From Candidatus Nezhaarchaeales archaeon (lineage in GTDB: Archaea; Thermoproteota; Methanomethylicia; Nezhaarchaeales; WYZ-LMO8): a stretch of DNA of 64,000 nucleotides. A model generated the notes under the pieces. That model had not been told where the DNA came from and ran no database searches. It saw nothing but the letters and a program-made list of their open reading frames with translations. The stretch is from contig JAWAKK010000001.1 of NCBI GenBank assembly GCA_038887515.1, positions 67,518 to 131,517 of the forward strand. Direction: 5' to 3'. This document shows, in pieces, positions 1-10,267 of the stretch; within the stretch, counting starts at the first letter, position 1; each line of letters begins with the position of its first letter. The position numbers were made by a program, and so were the translations under genes.

Positions 1-1384
1 ATAACACTACTCTGCCATCTTTCTCCCTATATGCGTACTCCATTGCTGCATAAACGAGTCTCTCAGCTCCAAAGGAGGGCTCAGCAACGAACGGGATAAA
101 CTTTCTACCCTTAACCCTCTTCTTTTCTTTTTTAAACTCAATGTGCTTCGGGTAAATCCTAAATTTACCCATCTCAAAGAACCCTTTGGTTTTTATTTCT
201 TCTAGAACCCTTTCTCCGGGCATCATTCTCAATGCATTTATTACCGTGTTCGTCTCTTGACCGTAATCCTCCCTTATCGTATCTAATATAGGCCTTAATT
301 CAACCTCTTCAACTTCAACCTCGGAGGACATTTGTTTATATACCCTTAAATCTTCTCCGCTCAAGGCCATATGACCTCTCAGGTCGTAATCCGTCCTAAA
401 TGCGTGACCTGAAACTTCGACCCAGCCCCACTTCTCAAGCTTTACGACTTGATCGTAAACTTGAGAAGCGTAGTGAGCCCTTTCATGAGGTAGCTTAGCT
501 ATGAACATTTGCTTATCCTTTGCGATTCCTAATTCTTGAATGAAGTTTTGAGCTAGAACCATGAAGTAAGCAAGCCACTCGTTCGCTATGAATCCTTGCT
601 TAAGAGCCTCCTCGACTGTTACTTCTATTGGGGTTATATCTTTCTTCGAAACTCTCTCCTCAGGGACGAGCCTTAAGAGCTCGCTTCTATTAAGCAACGG
701 ACAATAGGGATCTTGGGGGTCGTAGAAGAACTCGAGCTCCATTATTGTAAATTCTCTTAGCCTTATAGGCCCCTGTCTAGGGGATATTTCGTTTCTCATT
801 ACCTTGCCTATCTGAGCTATCCCTAACGGCAATCTATTTCTCATAGACTCATAGACTCTGCTAAAAGTTGTAAACATTCCTTGAGCAGCCTCAGGCCTTG
901 CAAAACCTACGTTTTCACTATATGGACCTATAGTAGTCTGAAATAGCAAGTTGAATTTCTTAACCGTACCAAGGCGACCTCCACACTCAGGGCATTTGAC
1001 ATTCCTTTCGGCTATTATGGATGTTAGTTGTTCTTCGCTTAACCCTTCAAGTCCTGAAAGTCCTGTTTCTTCCTCTATTACATGATCTGCCCTAAACTTT
1101 CTTCCACACTCTAGGCATTCAACCATGTAGTCTGTGAAGTGATTTACGTGACCTGAAGCCTCAAAGACCTTATACGGTGTTATTATCGGTGTCTCTATTT
1201 CAACGACGATCTCTTGATTCTTTAAGACGAACCAGTAGCGCCACTTCTCTTCGATTTTTCTTTTAAGTAGTTTACCTAGGGGGCCAAAGTCCAAAAAGCC
1301 GCTTACGCCTCCATATATCTCTGCCGAGGTCCAGAAGAATCCTCTCCTTCTAGCCAGTTCCATTACCTTGTCGGCAACACTCAT
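1..1384 (-). CDS. glyS: Glycyl-tRNA synthetase, archaeal/eukaryotic class II type. N-terminal ~460 aa are present; the C-terminus runs off the window edge.
   Basis: I translated the minus strand myself from the ATG whose reverse complement sits at 1382-1384. The product reads MSVADKVMELARRRGFFWTSAEIYGGVSGFLDFGPLGKLL...TIGPYSENVGFARPEAAQGMF...FTIMELEFF. The AEIYGG.SGF.DFGPLG N-terminus and the class II core are characteristic of GlyRS. The gene is absent from the ORF track because it has no stop codon inside the window. Confidence 0.8.
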   Translation of the reverse strand, partial: MSVADKVMELARRRGFFWTSAEIYGGVSGFLDFGPLGKLLKRKIEEKWRYWFVLKNQEIVVEIETPIITPYKVFEASGHVNHFTDYMVECLECGRKFRADHVIEEETGLSGLEGLSEEQLTSIIAERNVKCPECGGRLGTVKKFNLLFQTTIGPYSENVGFARPEAAQGMFTTFSRVYESMRNRLPLGIAQIGKVMRNEISPRQGPIRLREFTIMELEFFYDPQDPYCPLLNRSELLRLVPEERVSKKDITPIEVTVEEALKQGFIANEWLAYFMVLAQNFIQELGIAKDKQMFIAKLPHERAHYASQVYDQVVKLEKWGWVEVSGHAFRTDYDLRGHMALSGEDLRVYKQMSSEVEVEEVELRPILDTIREDYGQETNTVINALRMMPGERVLEEIKTKGFFEMGKFRIYPKHIEFKKEKKRVKGRKFIPFVAEPSFGAERLVYAAMEYAYREKDGRVVL

Positions 1385-1460
1385 TTAGCAACACTCTCTC
1401 CGAGAGTCCTAAAACGTAAAGCTTTTAGCTGTAACGATAATATAAAAACTCTCTCAATCC

Positions 1461-2441
1461 TTACGGAATGGCAATAGCATTTATTCTCAGTCTCTTCTTA
1501 ATCTCGTGAGCGAACTCGATGCCATAACCATCTCTACTGTTATCTACTATCACTACTTCTGGCCTACTATCTTCGACATAGGCTAGTAGGTGGTAAAAGT
1601 CGCTATGGCTACTAAGCGAGACTCTATACATATTACGGGCAACTTTTCTGTGAGTAACCTTAAATTCCCATCCAGTTAGATGTATTTTTAACCCCTTGAC
1701 TTTCTCCTCAAGCCTTGAGGCATGCTTAAAGAATATATACCCGCTTTCTCTCTTAGAGATTTCAACACCCTCCATTGAGGATGCGTTCACCAAATCTCGA
1801 ACCTTAAGATCATGTTTAATACATGCCATAGTTAGTTCGTACATCTTTCCTTCGGCTAGAAATGGTGCACGAATTCCGTTCTTCTGTAATACTTCCATTA
1901 CTTCTTGGATTTTTCCATAAAATCCATATACGTGAATTGGTTGCTTTTCAACTTCGTTACTAACTAGTTTCATCAAAGCATCGTAGACTTCATCTATTGG
2001 CGGTCTGATACACCTTGGGTGTCCGTAGGTTGCCTCTATTATTAATATGTCAGCTTCGATCACTGGTGCCCCTGGAAGCCTAAAGTCACCTGTGTACAAG
2101 ACTCTGTATCCTTGCTCGTCTTCGACTAAGACTTGGGCTGAGCCAGGTATGTGATGCGCCGGGTATAACATCATTACGTTGCCACCGACTATAACCGGTT
2201 CTCCGAACCTTAGCGGCATGATTTTACTAGCTTCACTCCCATACAACACGCTTAACATATCTCTAGTTGTTGGAGTAGCGTAAACAACCTTACATTTTTT
2301 TAAGCTGTTTTTTAGGCCGAAGGTGTGGTCGTAGTGGGCATGAGTTACAATTCTGACGTCTTTCCCGTCTTCATGTGCATCGCAGACTACGTGGTCACCT
2401 ATCACTATAGCCTTATTCCTAGTCACCAGCGCGCTAAGCAA
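1461..2441 (-). CDS. Metallo-beta-lactamase-fold hydrolase, probably a beta-CASP / RNA-processing-type nuclease.
   Basis: 326-aa ORF containing the THAHYDH (HxHxDH) zinc-binding motif. Downstream Asp and His residues follow the MBL-fold pattern. Confidence 0.55.
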   Translation of the reverse strand: MLSALVTRNKAIVIGDHVVCDAHEDGKDVRIVTHAHYDHTFGLKNSLKKCKVVYATPTTRDMLSVLYGSEASKIMPLRFGEPVIVGGNVMMLYPAHHIPGSAQVLVEDEQGYRVLYTGDFRLPGAPVIEADILIIEATYGHPRCIRPPIDEVYDALMKLVSNEVEKQPIHVYGFYGKIQEVMEVLQKNGIRAPFLAEGKMYELTMACIKHDLKVRDLVNASSMEGVEISKRESGYIFFKHASRLEEKVKGLKIHLTGWEFKVTHRKVARNMYRVSLSSHSDFYHLLAYVEDSRPEVVIVDNSRDGYGIEFAHEIKKRLRINAIAIP

Positions 2442-2497
2442 TTAACGCACCGAGCTATCCCTCTAGTTATACCCTCACTTTAAAAGATTGTAGTCTC

Positions 2498-2893
2498 TTA
2501 CTTTATTACAGGTCTAAACTTGTAGGTATAACAAATCATGCCCCCCTCAAGCTGTTCCGGTAACCTTCTTATAGTCAGTTCAACTTCCATGCCCTCTTTG
2601 ACGTCATTTACATCGACGTCAGTTATCTGAGCCACAATCCTTGTCCCGTCTTCTAACTCTACGATACCCACAACGTAGGGGATGGAGGCTTCATAACCTT
2701 TAGGCGCAGAATACACGACTGTATACTCTATCAGCTTACCCTTGTCAGGTAACTTGTATTCCTCCATTTTTACGGAGTTGCAATAAGGACATACAAAGCG
2801 TGGTGGGAAGAATACTTTTTTGCATATTGGACACTTATTACCTATGAGCCTATACCTTTGAAGCCTAGTCCTCCAATACGCCGAGGTCGACAT
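2498..2893 (-). CDS. DUF35 protein (zinc ribbon plus OB fold). It is the scaffold subunit of the archaeal thiolase / HMG-CoA synthase complex.
   Basis: The product has CPICKKVFFPPRFVCPYCNS (a CxxC...CxxC zinc ribbon) followed by an OB-fold-like C-terminal region. I take the start as the internal ATG at 2891-2893, which forms a 4-nt ATGA overlap with the stop codon of the upstream thiolase. Confidence 0.7.
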   Translation of the reverse strand: MSTSAYWRTRLQRYRLIGNKCPICKKVFFPPRFVCPYCNSVKMEEYKLPDKGKLIEYTVVYSAPKGYEASIPYVVGIVELEDGTRIVAQITDVDVNDVKEGMEVELTIRRLPEQLEGGMICYTYKFRPVIK

Positions 2894-4056
2894 CAGCAAC
2901 ACGCCTCGAAAATGTTTATAACAGCTATAGAATTGAAGGCGCAACTAGAATGCGTTAGACCTACTCTTGCACCTTTCACCTGATTTGTACCAGCATTACC
3001 TGTTAGTTGTAGAAAAGTCTCAACGGCTTGATATACACCGACAGCGCCGAGAGGGGCTCCTCGAGCCTTAAGCCCGCCGAAGGTGTTTACGGGGATAGAG
3101 CCTTTTAGCCCTACTTCACCTTCCCTCAAAATCTTTGCTCCCTCACCTGGGCCGCACAACCCTAGTTTCTCAAGAGCGATAACTCCCATCACGGAATAGT
3201 CATCATAAAGCTCCACGAAGCTTAGATCTGATGGTCTTATACCGGCATTAGTGTATGCTCTTTGCGAGGCTTCTGTCAGGGCTTTCATCGTCAGCAGATC
3301 TTCTCTCTCCATCAGATTAAGGTTGTCTCGAGCTATCTCAGACGCAATAATCCTCACGTGAGGTAAGCCTAATTCCTTAGCTTTTTCATGCGAGCACATA
3401 AGTATTGCAGCGGCACCATCACAAGGAGATATCGCTTCAAGGACCTTTATAGGCTCCGCTAGTGTTGGAGATTTCATTACTGCTTCGAGAGGTAACCTAA
3501 ATGGATACTGGGCGTGGCCACAGGTAGAGGCATGTTCATGATCTATAACAGACATCAAGGCTACGTCTTCCTGCTTTACGTTGAATCGCCTCAAGTACGT
3601 CTTGTATATTAACGCTGCAAGGCTATGAATTGTTATACCAGTATATTTTAGGTGTTCTAGATCTTCAACAGACGTCATTGCGGAGACGACTTCTTGAGGG
3701 GAGGCGTCGCTCATTTTTTCAACGCCGCAAACAAGCACTAAATCCCTTATACCGTGGGCTATATCTTTAAACGCTTCGTGGATAGCTAGTGCCCCTGACG
3801 CTCCTCCAGCATCTATGGAGATTGTGAATTTATCGTATAAACCTAAACTGTCAGCCATTACGTTAGCAATATTCGTTTGCTCTTGGAGATAACCAGCAAA
3901 TACATTTGCCACGTATACTCCGTCGAGAGACCCTACGCTGAGGCCCACATTTTCGAGCGCTTTAAGCGCGACTTCTACGAACAAACCTTTAAGGGACTTT
4001 TCCCAATGTTCTGACACTTTTGTGTAACCCACAGATATTACTGCGACTTCTTTCAT
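2893..4056 (-). CDS. Acetyl-CoA C-acetyltransferase (acetoacetyl-CoA thiolase).
   Basis: 387-aa product with thiolase-like fold and conserved Cys and His residues. It sits between the HMG-CoA synthase and DUF35 genes. Confidence 0.85.
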   Translation of the reverse strand: MKEVAVISVGYTKVSEHWEKSLKGLFVEVALKALENVGLSVGSLDGVYVANVFAGYLQEQTNIANVMADSLGLYDKFTISIDAGGASGALAIHEAFKDIAHGIRDLVLVCGVEKMSDASPQEVVSAMTSVEDLEHLKYTGITIHSLAALIYKTYLRRFNVKQEDVALMSVIDHEHASTCGHAQYPFRLPLEAVMKSPTLAEPIKVLEAISPCDGAAAILMCSHEKAKELGLPHVRIIASEIARDNLNLMEREDLLTMKALTEASQRAYTNAGIRPSDLSFVELYDDYSVMGVIALEKLGLCGPGEGAKILREGEVGLKGSIPVNTFGGLKARGAPLGAVGVYQAVETFLQLTGNAGTNQVKGARVGLTHSSCAFNSIAVINIFEACC

Positions 4057-4067
4057 GGCTCAGCACT

Positions 4068-5114
4068 TCAAACTAGTATTTTGTTCCTGAACTTAGCGTA
4101 AAGAGAGTAGTCTACCTCTTTCTTTCTAGATAAAAATGCTGATACCCTGGGCGCTCTCTCTCTTTTCTCCTCTATAGCGTCCTGAACCACAAAGCTGAAG
4201 GCATCGCTTCCAGCTCCAGAACCATAAGAAACTAACAATATCCTGTCACCAGGTTTGGCTATGTCAAGGATCGCTGCTAGCCCTATCATTGAAGATCCAG
4301 AGTACGTGTTTCCTATCATTGAGCACACTATGCTCGGCTTCACTTTCTCCTCAGGTATGCCGAGGTGCTGTGCAACCTTTAATGGAAACTTAGGATTAGG
4401 CTGATGGAAGACTGCGTAGCTAAAATCATTAGGTCTTAACCCGAGATCAGCCATTAAACCTTTAGCAGCCATAGTTGTATGTCTAAAGTAAGCTGGTTCG
4501 GCGGTAAACCGGCTCATGTGGTGGGGATATAGCTCTCCATCCCTTCTCCAAAAGTCTGGCGTGTCGGTTACGAAAGAGTAGCTACCCTCGACATACGCTA
4601 TGGTCTCGTGACTTCTTTTAGCAAATATAAATGCCCCACCACCTGAGCCGGCCGTATACTCTAGGGCATCGGCTGGCCGGCTTTGGGCCGTGTCAACGCC
4701 TATGGACATGGCGTAGGCGACCATACCTGAAGCAACCAAACCTATCGAAGCTTGAAAGGCCTCCGTCCCTGCTTTGCAGGCGAATTCGTAGTCTGCAGCC
4801 AAGACGTTAGGTGTTGCCCCAATGACTTCTGCAACTATAGTACTACAAGGCTTAACGGCGTAAGGCTTAGACTCAGTCCCTACGTAAACAGCCCCTATAT
4901 CCTCTGGTTTAATGTTAGCTCTTCTAATAGCGTACCTAGCTGCTTCAATTGCTATGGTAACGGCATCTTCATCAGGCCCTGCGACGGCCTTCTCCTCTAC
5001 TGGCAGATGGTCGTAGAATTTACCCCAAACACGGGCTATCTCAGAAGCCTTAATCCTATACAACGGGATGTAAACACCATAACCTATTATTCCTACATCA
5101 TCGTTAGGTCTCAA
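4068..5114 (-). CDS. Hydroxymethylglutaryl-CoA synthase, archaeal type.
   Basis: 348-aa product of archaeal HMGCS type with an active-site cysteine region. It is the first gene of the three-gene mevalonate entry operon. Confidence 0.85.
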   Translation of the reverse strand: MRPNDDVGIIGYGVYIPLYRIKASEIARVWGKFYDHLPVEEKAVAGPDEDAVTIAIEAARYAIRRANIKPEDIGAVYVGTESKPYAVKPCSTIVAEVIGATPNVLAADYEFACKAGTEAFQASIGLVASGMVAYAMSIGVDTAQSRPADALEYTAGSGGGAFIFAKRSHETIAYVEGSYSFVTDTPDFWRRDGELYPHHMSRFTAEPAYFRHTTMAAKGLMADLGLRPNDFSYAVFHQPNPKFPLKVAQHLGIPEEKVKPSIVCSMIGNTYSGSSMIGLAAILDIAKPGDRILLVSYGSGAGSDAFSFVVQDAIEEKRERAPRVSAFLSRKKEVDYSLYAKFRNKILV

Positions 5115-5340
5115 TGCTTAGCCCCCTTAAAAGAAGGGGTTTGAAAGCATTTATTTACGGACTAAAGATATATACTTTTCGTTATGTGTCTAAAATTTTT
5201 ACATTAAACGTCGAAAAGACCTCTTGAATCACTTAAAATGGAGTAATATGGAACAATCCTTCTGTTTTTATAATTTTTCTTTCGTCTTTAAAAAGATAAC
5301 TTTAAAGAAACCTTTCTATTTATAAACTCCACTGCTAAAA

Positions 5341-6117
5341 GTGATCTTAATGAACATCTCTAAAAAAATAATATTTTTGATGACTCTTCCGATGATCTTT
5401 GTCTTAGTAGCCTTCATAATGTCGTCATTTATAACTCAACCCGAGAGACCTGAGACGAACGTGACGCCTCCATTTTATGTCGGTGAACGCATGACGTACG
5501 AGGTAAGACTCGTCAACTCCTCAGGTGCTTATGTACTGTACAAATTGAACTTGAGTGTTACTGAAATCTCTACGATAAATGGTAGAGCATGTTTTGTTCT
5601 AAGGGGGGAGTACTTAGGCTACGATTTCGTCATTTACAGTTTCGTCACAAAGGATAATCTCACCCTTCTGAAAACCCTCATGGAGTCTCCTGTCGGCTCT
5701 GCCACAATAACTTACGACTATGAAAAGAGAAAGTGTGAAATATTTGTTTTGACAAATAAAGACCCCTCACCGCAAAGGGCTGAAGCCGACATAAAGCCAT
5801 ACCTCCAAGATCCCCTCAGCACAGTTTACTACATTAGAAGCTTGCCATTAAGCGAAGGTTACTGGTGTACCTTTAACCAGATAGACGTAATGAGCGGATT
5901 AACGTCAGTTATCAAGGTTTCAGTGAGAGGTCTCTCAAACATCAGTACTGCTGTAGGAGCCTTTGACTGTTATGAAATTTCTCTTGAAGCTAGAGGTTCG
6001 AAGACTATCGTTTACATAACCACAACTGGCTTTAAAGTTCCAGTAAAGGTCGAAGTACCGTACGGAAGAGATACGTTCCAAGTGTGGGAGCTCATAGAAT
6101 ACTCTTCAACCTCATGA
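5341..6117 (+). CDS. Hypothetical protein, anchored by an N-terminal signal or transmembrane segment.
   Basis: The N-terminus is hydrophobic (IIFLMTLPMIFVLVAFIM). The remainder is a soluble domain with no motif I recognise. Confidence 0.4.
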   Translation: MILMNISKKIIFLMTLPMIFVLVAFIMSSFITQPERPETNVTPPFYVGERMTYEVRLVNSSGAYVLYKLNLSVTEISTINGRACFVLRGEYLGYDFVIYSFVTKDNLTLLKTLMESPVGSATITYDYEKRKCEIFVLTNKDPSPQRAEADIKPYLQDPLSTVYYIRSLPLSEGYWCTFNQIDVMSGLTSVIKVSVRGLSNISTAVGAFDCYEISLEARGSKTIVYITTTGFKVPVKVEVPYGRDTFQVWELIEYSSTS

Positions 6118-7980
6118 AAGCCTGATGCCCAGCCTTTCTAGCTCGCTAATAACAAAGTGTAGGCCTAAGCTCTCTAACTTGGATTTAGTCGGTCTACCAT
6201 TAGAGTCCCATCCTCTGAACCTATAATAGTTATCTAACAATCTAGAGTAGCCTTCTCTGTCGAGCTTTACTCCCTTAAATGGGCCTGAAGGTAGTCCCTC
6301 CTCGAACCACCTAGGTGGAGGATAGTCCCATGAACGGTCCATGAATGGATATTCTCTTAGCCAAATGCACCTCGTTAAGTTGTAGACCCTCTCAGCTACT
6401 AACAGTAGATCCGTGAATCGATAATTTATGCCAGTAACAGCTACATAAAGTCTTTCATAGTAATCTAAAGGTAACGAAAGCTCAACCCAAGGTAGTCTAC
6501 AGCAAGTTAACATATCGAAGAGCGACCTAACGTGCTGTAGGTATATGACCCATTCGGCCTTGTCAGACGTATACAACGTTCTACCAACTTTAATGTCGTA
6601 AGTTATAGCCCAAGCCCTATTATGATGAGCCCCTATATCACACGTACCGTAGGCTAGGGCCATGGCTGGAGCAGCCCTACTTTCATAAGCTGATATTTCA
6701 AGACCTTTGACATGCATGGCTATCTTAATAGCTTCTTTGCCAAGCTTTTCAGCTACTCTTTTAGTTCCTTGAGCTAGCAAATCTCCAATTTTTCTCCTAT
6801 AAGCAATGTCCTCTACGAGTCTAAGTATTCCTTCAACATCACCATAGTCAGCATCGACCTCCTTCAGTAATCCTCTTCTCTTGCACTCGATAGCAAATGC
6901 AACTACGCTACCCGTCGATATGCTATCTAAGCCAAGCTCATCACAGACCCTATTTAGCTTGACTACTTCTTCTATATTATTGAGAGCACAGTTGCTGCCA
7001 ATCATAGCTGCTGTTTCATACTCGGGCCCCTCTACTAATGTTCCCGCAAACTTTCCTTCCTTAACTTTAGATATTTGTCCACAAGGCATCGCACAACCAA
7101 AGCAACCATGATTTCCTATCTTAACTTTGCCTTCCATAACATCTCCACTTATCATATCGGCCCTTTCGTAGACTGCCTCACTCATGTTTCTTGTTGGTAA
7201 CGCTGAATTCTCGTTGCTCCATAGTATTAATTGCATGGTTCCCTGTCGAATCCAAGCTTTTTGAGCCTCGCTCCTAAAGCAATACTCGTACGCTTCTTGT
7301 GCGACCTCTATCATTGCATCGCAATCATAGATAGGTATATCCATGGAGCCTGAGGCGACAATAGCCTTAACTTTTTTGGACCCTAATACAGCACCAATAC
7401 CTGTTCTACCGGCTTGCCTTCCAAAATCCGAAGTTATGCAGGCAAAGTATACTTTATTTTCTCCGGCAGGACCTATAGTTAAACATGATAAGGAGCCTGC
7501 TTTAATGTCTCGTTTGATTACCTCTTCAGCTTCTATTGAACCCAAACCCCATAAATGCTTTGCCTTCTCAATACTTACTTCACCATCAAAGATCTTTATG
7601 TAGACCGGATCCGGACTAGCTCCTTCTATGATAATAGCGTCGAAACCTGCTTGCTTAAGCTCTACACCAAACCTTCCACCTACATTACTATCTCCATAAG
7701 CTCCTGTCAATGGACTCTTAGAGCATAACGTAGTCTTGCCCGTTCCAGTAAAGTACACTCCAGTTAAAGGTCCCGTCGCTATTACGACTTTGTTTTCTGG
7801 GGAGAATGGATCTACACCCCTTGGGACTTCGTCCCATATGATCTTGGCCCCCCAACCTCTTCCACCGATATAATTCATTATAAGCTCACGGCTCAGCTCT
7901 TGAACGCATATCTTCCTTCTTGTAAGGTCGATCCTGGCTATCCTATTCATGTAACCTCCTTTTAAAGTCATGTACTCCAC
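6112..7980 (-). CDS. aor: Tungsten-containing aldehyde:ferredoxin oxidoreductase, AOR family (paralog 1).
   Basis: The AOR N-terminal domain is recognisable (NRIARIDLTRRKI..GGRGWGAKIIWDEVP...TGPLTG). The likely true start is the internal Met at about 7950. Confidence 0.85.
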   Translation of the reverse strand: MEYMTLKGGYMNRIARIDLTRRKICVQELSRELIMNYIGGRGWGAKIIWDEVPRGVDPFSPENKVVIATGPLTGVYFTGTGKTTLCSKSPLTGAYGDSNVGGRFGVELKQAGFDAIIIEGASPDPVYIKIFDGEVSIEKAKHLWGLGSIEAEEVIKRDIKAGSLSCLTIGPAGENKVYFACITSDFGRQAGRTGIGAVLGSKKVKAIVASGSMDIPIYDCDAMIEVAQEAYEYCFRSEAQKAWIRQGTMQLILWSNENSALPTRNMSEAVYERADMISGDVMEGKVKIGNHGCFGCAMPCGQISKVKEGKFAGTLVEGPEYETAAMIGSNCALNNIEEVVKLNRVCDELGLDSISTGSVVAFAIECKRRGLLKEVDADYGDVEGILRLVEDIAYRRKIGDLLAQGTKRVAEKLGKEAIKIAMHVKGLEISAYESRAAPAMALAYGTCDIGAHHNRAWAITYDIKVGRTLYTSDKAEWVIYLQHVRSLFDMLTCCRLPWVELSLPLDYYERLYVAVTGINYRFTDLLLVAERVYNLTRCIWLREYPFMDRSWDYPPPRWFEEGLPSGPFKGVKLDREGYSRLLDNYYRFRGWDSNGRPTKSKLESLGLHFVISELERLGIRLS

Positions 7981-7992
7981 CCCTCTACTGCT

Positions 7993-8397
7993 TCAAACAA
8001 CCTTAAGTGCCTTCATAGGACACATTTTAACGCATTGAGGTTCTCCGCCACAAAGATCGCAAATAAGGGGTCTTTTAACATCTTCGTGAAAGAATATTGC
8101 TTCATAAGTACATGCAAAAGCACAGGCTTTACATAACGTGCAAAGAGACTCGTCAACTTCAATCCAACGACCGTTGAACCTTAGAGCGCCCGAGGGACAT
8201 ACTCTAACGCAGGCTTTCTCCTCGCAAACCCTACAAACTCTAACTTGAGATCTGGCATCGCTGGAAGAAACTAGGAACCCTACCCGTATCATGGACTTCT
8301 TTGGATTGTTAGCCTTGAAATGCCTTAAAGCGCAAGTAAGTTCGCATACACCGCATGCGGCACATTTTTCTTCGAGTACCTCGATTCTCATATTCAA
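7993..8397 (-). CDS. Ferredoxin with 4Fe-4S clusters, the probable electron partner of the AOR.
   Basis: Cysteine-rich 134-aa product with several CxxCxxC...CP clusters. It lies immediately upstream of the AOR gene on the same strand. Confidence 0.75.
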   Translation of the reverse strand: MNMRIEVLEEKCAACGVCELTCALRHFKANNPKKSMIRVGFLVSSSDARSQVRVCRVCEEKACVRVCPSGALRFNGRWIEVDESLCTLCKACAFACTYEAIFFHEDVKRPLICDLCGGEPQCVKMCPMKALKVV

Positions 8398-8506
8398 GAG
8401 CCTCTTGCTAGGAGATAAGAAAGTTCATTAAGCCAGCTTAAAGACTTTTCCCTAGGTCTCAGCGATATTGTTAAGAGTCAGCTCATCACTATCAAAGTGA
8501 AACTCT

Positions 8507-8809
8507 ATGAAGAACGAGAGAATAACGATAACGCCGGAACTTCTTGATTACCTTTCAGAACTAGCAAAGCTTAAGTTAACTGATAAAGAGAAGGAAACCT
8601 TCTTGAGAGATCTAAATAGGATACTAGAATATTTCAGCATCATAGATGAAGTTGAAGTAGCGGATGTAGAACCTGCCTTTCATGTGCTTGGCCTATCGAA
8701 CGTCATGAGAGAAGACGAGGTTGGTGGAGACGCTTTGACGCAAGACGAGGCACTAGCGAACGCTAGCCATAAAGAAGAAGGTTATATCAAAGCCCCTAGG
8801 ATGGTGTGA
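8507..8809 (+). CDS. gatC: Glu-tRNA(Gln) / Asp-tRNA(Asn) amidotransferase, subunit C.
   Basis: Small acidic 100-aa protein sitting directly upstream of gatA and gatB. Confidence 0.8.
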   Translation: MKNERITITPELLDYLSELAKLKLTDKEKETFLRDLNRILEYFSIIDEVEVADVEPAFHVLGLSNVMREDEVGGDALTQDEALANASHKEEGYIKAPRMV

Positions 8810-8812
8810 ACT

Positions 8813-10267
8813 ATGGTTAATGTTCTTCATTTGACGGCGAAACAGATAGCTGAACTAGTTTCTAATGGTTCAGTGAGCCCCATCGACATTGTACAGACAT
8901 ATTTGGATAGAGCGAAGAAACTTAACCCCAAAATAAATGCTTTCATAACCATAGCCGAAGACTATGCGAAGAAAAGTGCAGAGGAACTTGAAAGGTCATT
9001 GAAAAAGGGCTTTAAAGGCAAGCTAACCGGGGTTCCTATAGCAGTAAAAGACGTCATATCGACAAAAAGTCTAGAGACCACATGTGCCTCGAAGATTTTG
9101 AAAGGCTACGTCCCTCCCTACGATGCTACGGTTATAAGGAAGCTCAAGGCTGAAGGGGCGATAATAATTGGAAAGACGAATATGGACGAGTTCGCTATGG
9201 GTTCTTCAACTGAGTTGAGCGCATACGGGCCCACGAGGAATCCATGGAACTTAGATAGAGTCGCTGGAGGATCGTCTGGTGGAAGTGGGGCATCAGTAGC
9301 AGCAAGAATGGTGCCCACCGCATTAGGGTCAGATACTGGAGGCTCAATAAGATGTCCAGCTGCTTTCTGTAACATAGTCGGTTTAAAGCCCACATACGGC
9401 ACTATCAGTAGGTACGGCTTAATATCGTATGCTTGTAGCCTAGAGCAGATAGGTCCCATGACTATGAACGTAGAGGATTGCGCACTATTGATGGAAGTTA
9501 TTTCCGGTAGAGACTTCTTTGACTCAACTTTGATAGACTACAAGTTTCGGTGGGTGCCGCAAGAAGTAAGGGGTCTAAAGATAGCAGTACCCAAAGAATT
9601 CTTTGCCCATGGAACAGATGAAAGGGTTGCAGATAGAGTTTGGAACATAATAAAGCTATTGGAATCTCACGGAGCAACATATGACGAAGTTTCCATTCCA
9701 CTAGCCCGCTATGCACTTGCATGTTATTACATAATAGCAATGTCCGAGGCAAGTTCAAACTTGGCTCGATACGATGGTGTGAGATATGGTGTGCCTTGTG
9801 ATCTCACAATGCCTTGGTTCGACTCATTCTCAAAGGTTAGAGGTGAGTGTTTTGGAACCGAAGTCAAGCGAAGGATAATACTGGGTTGCTTCGCTCTATC
9901 GGCAGGCTACTATGGTAGGTATTACCTGAAGGCTTTAAAGCTTAGAGCCATGATAAGGGATCAAATACTCCTAATACTAAAGGACTTCGACGTAATAGCA
10001 ACGCCAACAACGCCTTTTCCGCCATTTAAAATAGGCGAGAGGATAGAAGATCCTCTAAGTCTTTATATGGCTGACGTTGATACAGTCATAGCCAATTTGG
10101 CAGGCGTTCCTGCAATATCCGTTCCAGCGGGCTTCGTCGATGGACTTCCGGTCGGAGTACAATTTATGGCTAATTACTGTTGTGAAAACCTCTTACTGGA
10201 TTTAGCTAGATGCATCCAAGATGAAACAAGATTTCACCTTAAGATCCCGGAGGAAGCGATCATATGA
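8813..10267 (+). CDS. gatA: Amidotransferase subunit A, of the amidase-signature family.
   Basis: Carries the amidase signature GGSSGGSGASVA and the catalytic Ser-cisSer-Lys context. Confidence 0.9.
   Translation: MVNVLHLTAKQIAELVSNGSVSPIDIVQTYLDRAKKLNPKINAFITIAEDYAKKSAEELERSLKKGFKGKLTGVPIAVKDVISTKSLETTCASKILKGYVPPYDATVIRKLKAEGAIIIGKTNMDEFAMGSSTELSAYGPTRNPWNLDRVAGGSSGGSGASVAARMVPTALGSDTGGSIRCPAAFCNIVGLKPTYGTISRYGLISYACSLEQIGPMTMNVEDCALLMEVISGRDFFDSTLIDYKFRWVPQEVRGLKIAVPKEFFAHGTDERVADRVWNIIKLLESHGATYDEVSIPLARYALACYYIIAMSEASSNLARYDGVRYGVPCDLTMPWFDSFSKVRGECFGTEVKRRIILGCFALSAGYYGRYYLKALKLRAMIRDQILLILKDFDVIATPTTPFPPFKIGERIEDPLSLYMADVDTVIANLAGVPAISVPAGFVDGLPVGVQFMANYCCENLLLDLARCIQDETRFHLKIPEEAII

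Noticed and set aside
1696-1920. Many short ORFs of 60-140 aa on the strand opposite well-supported genes. Examples are 1696-1920, 4752-5144, 6881-7111, 9118-9459, 11199-11588, 30334-30735, 32145-32564, 38234-38626, 41086-41493 and 63587-63892.
   Set aside because: They lie entirely inside genes with strong homology on the other strand. They have low-complexity or serine/leucine/proline-rich translations and no start context. They are shadow ORFs.
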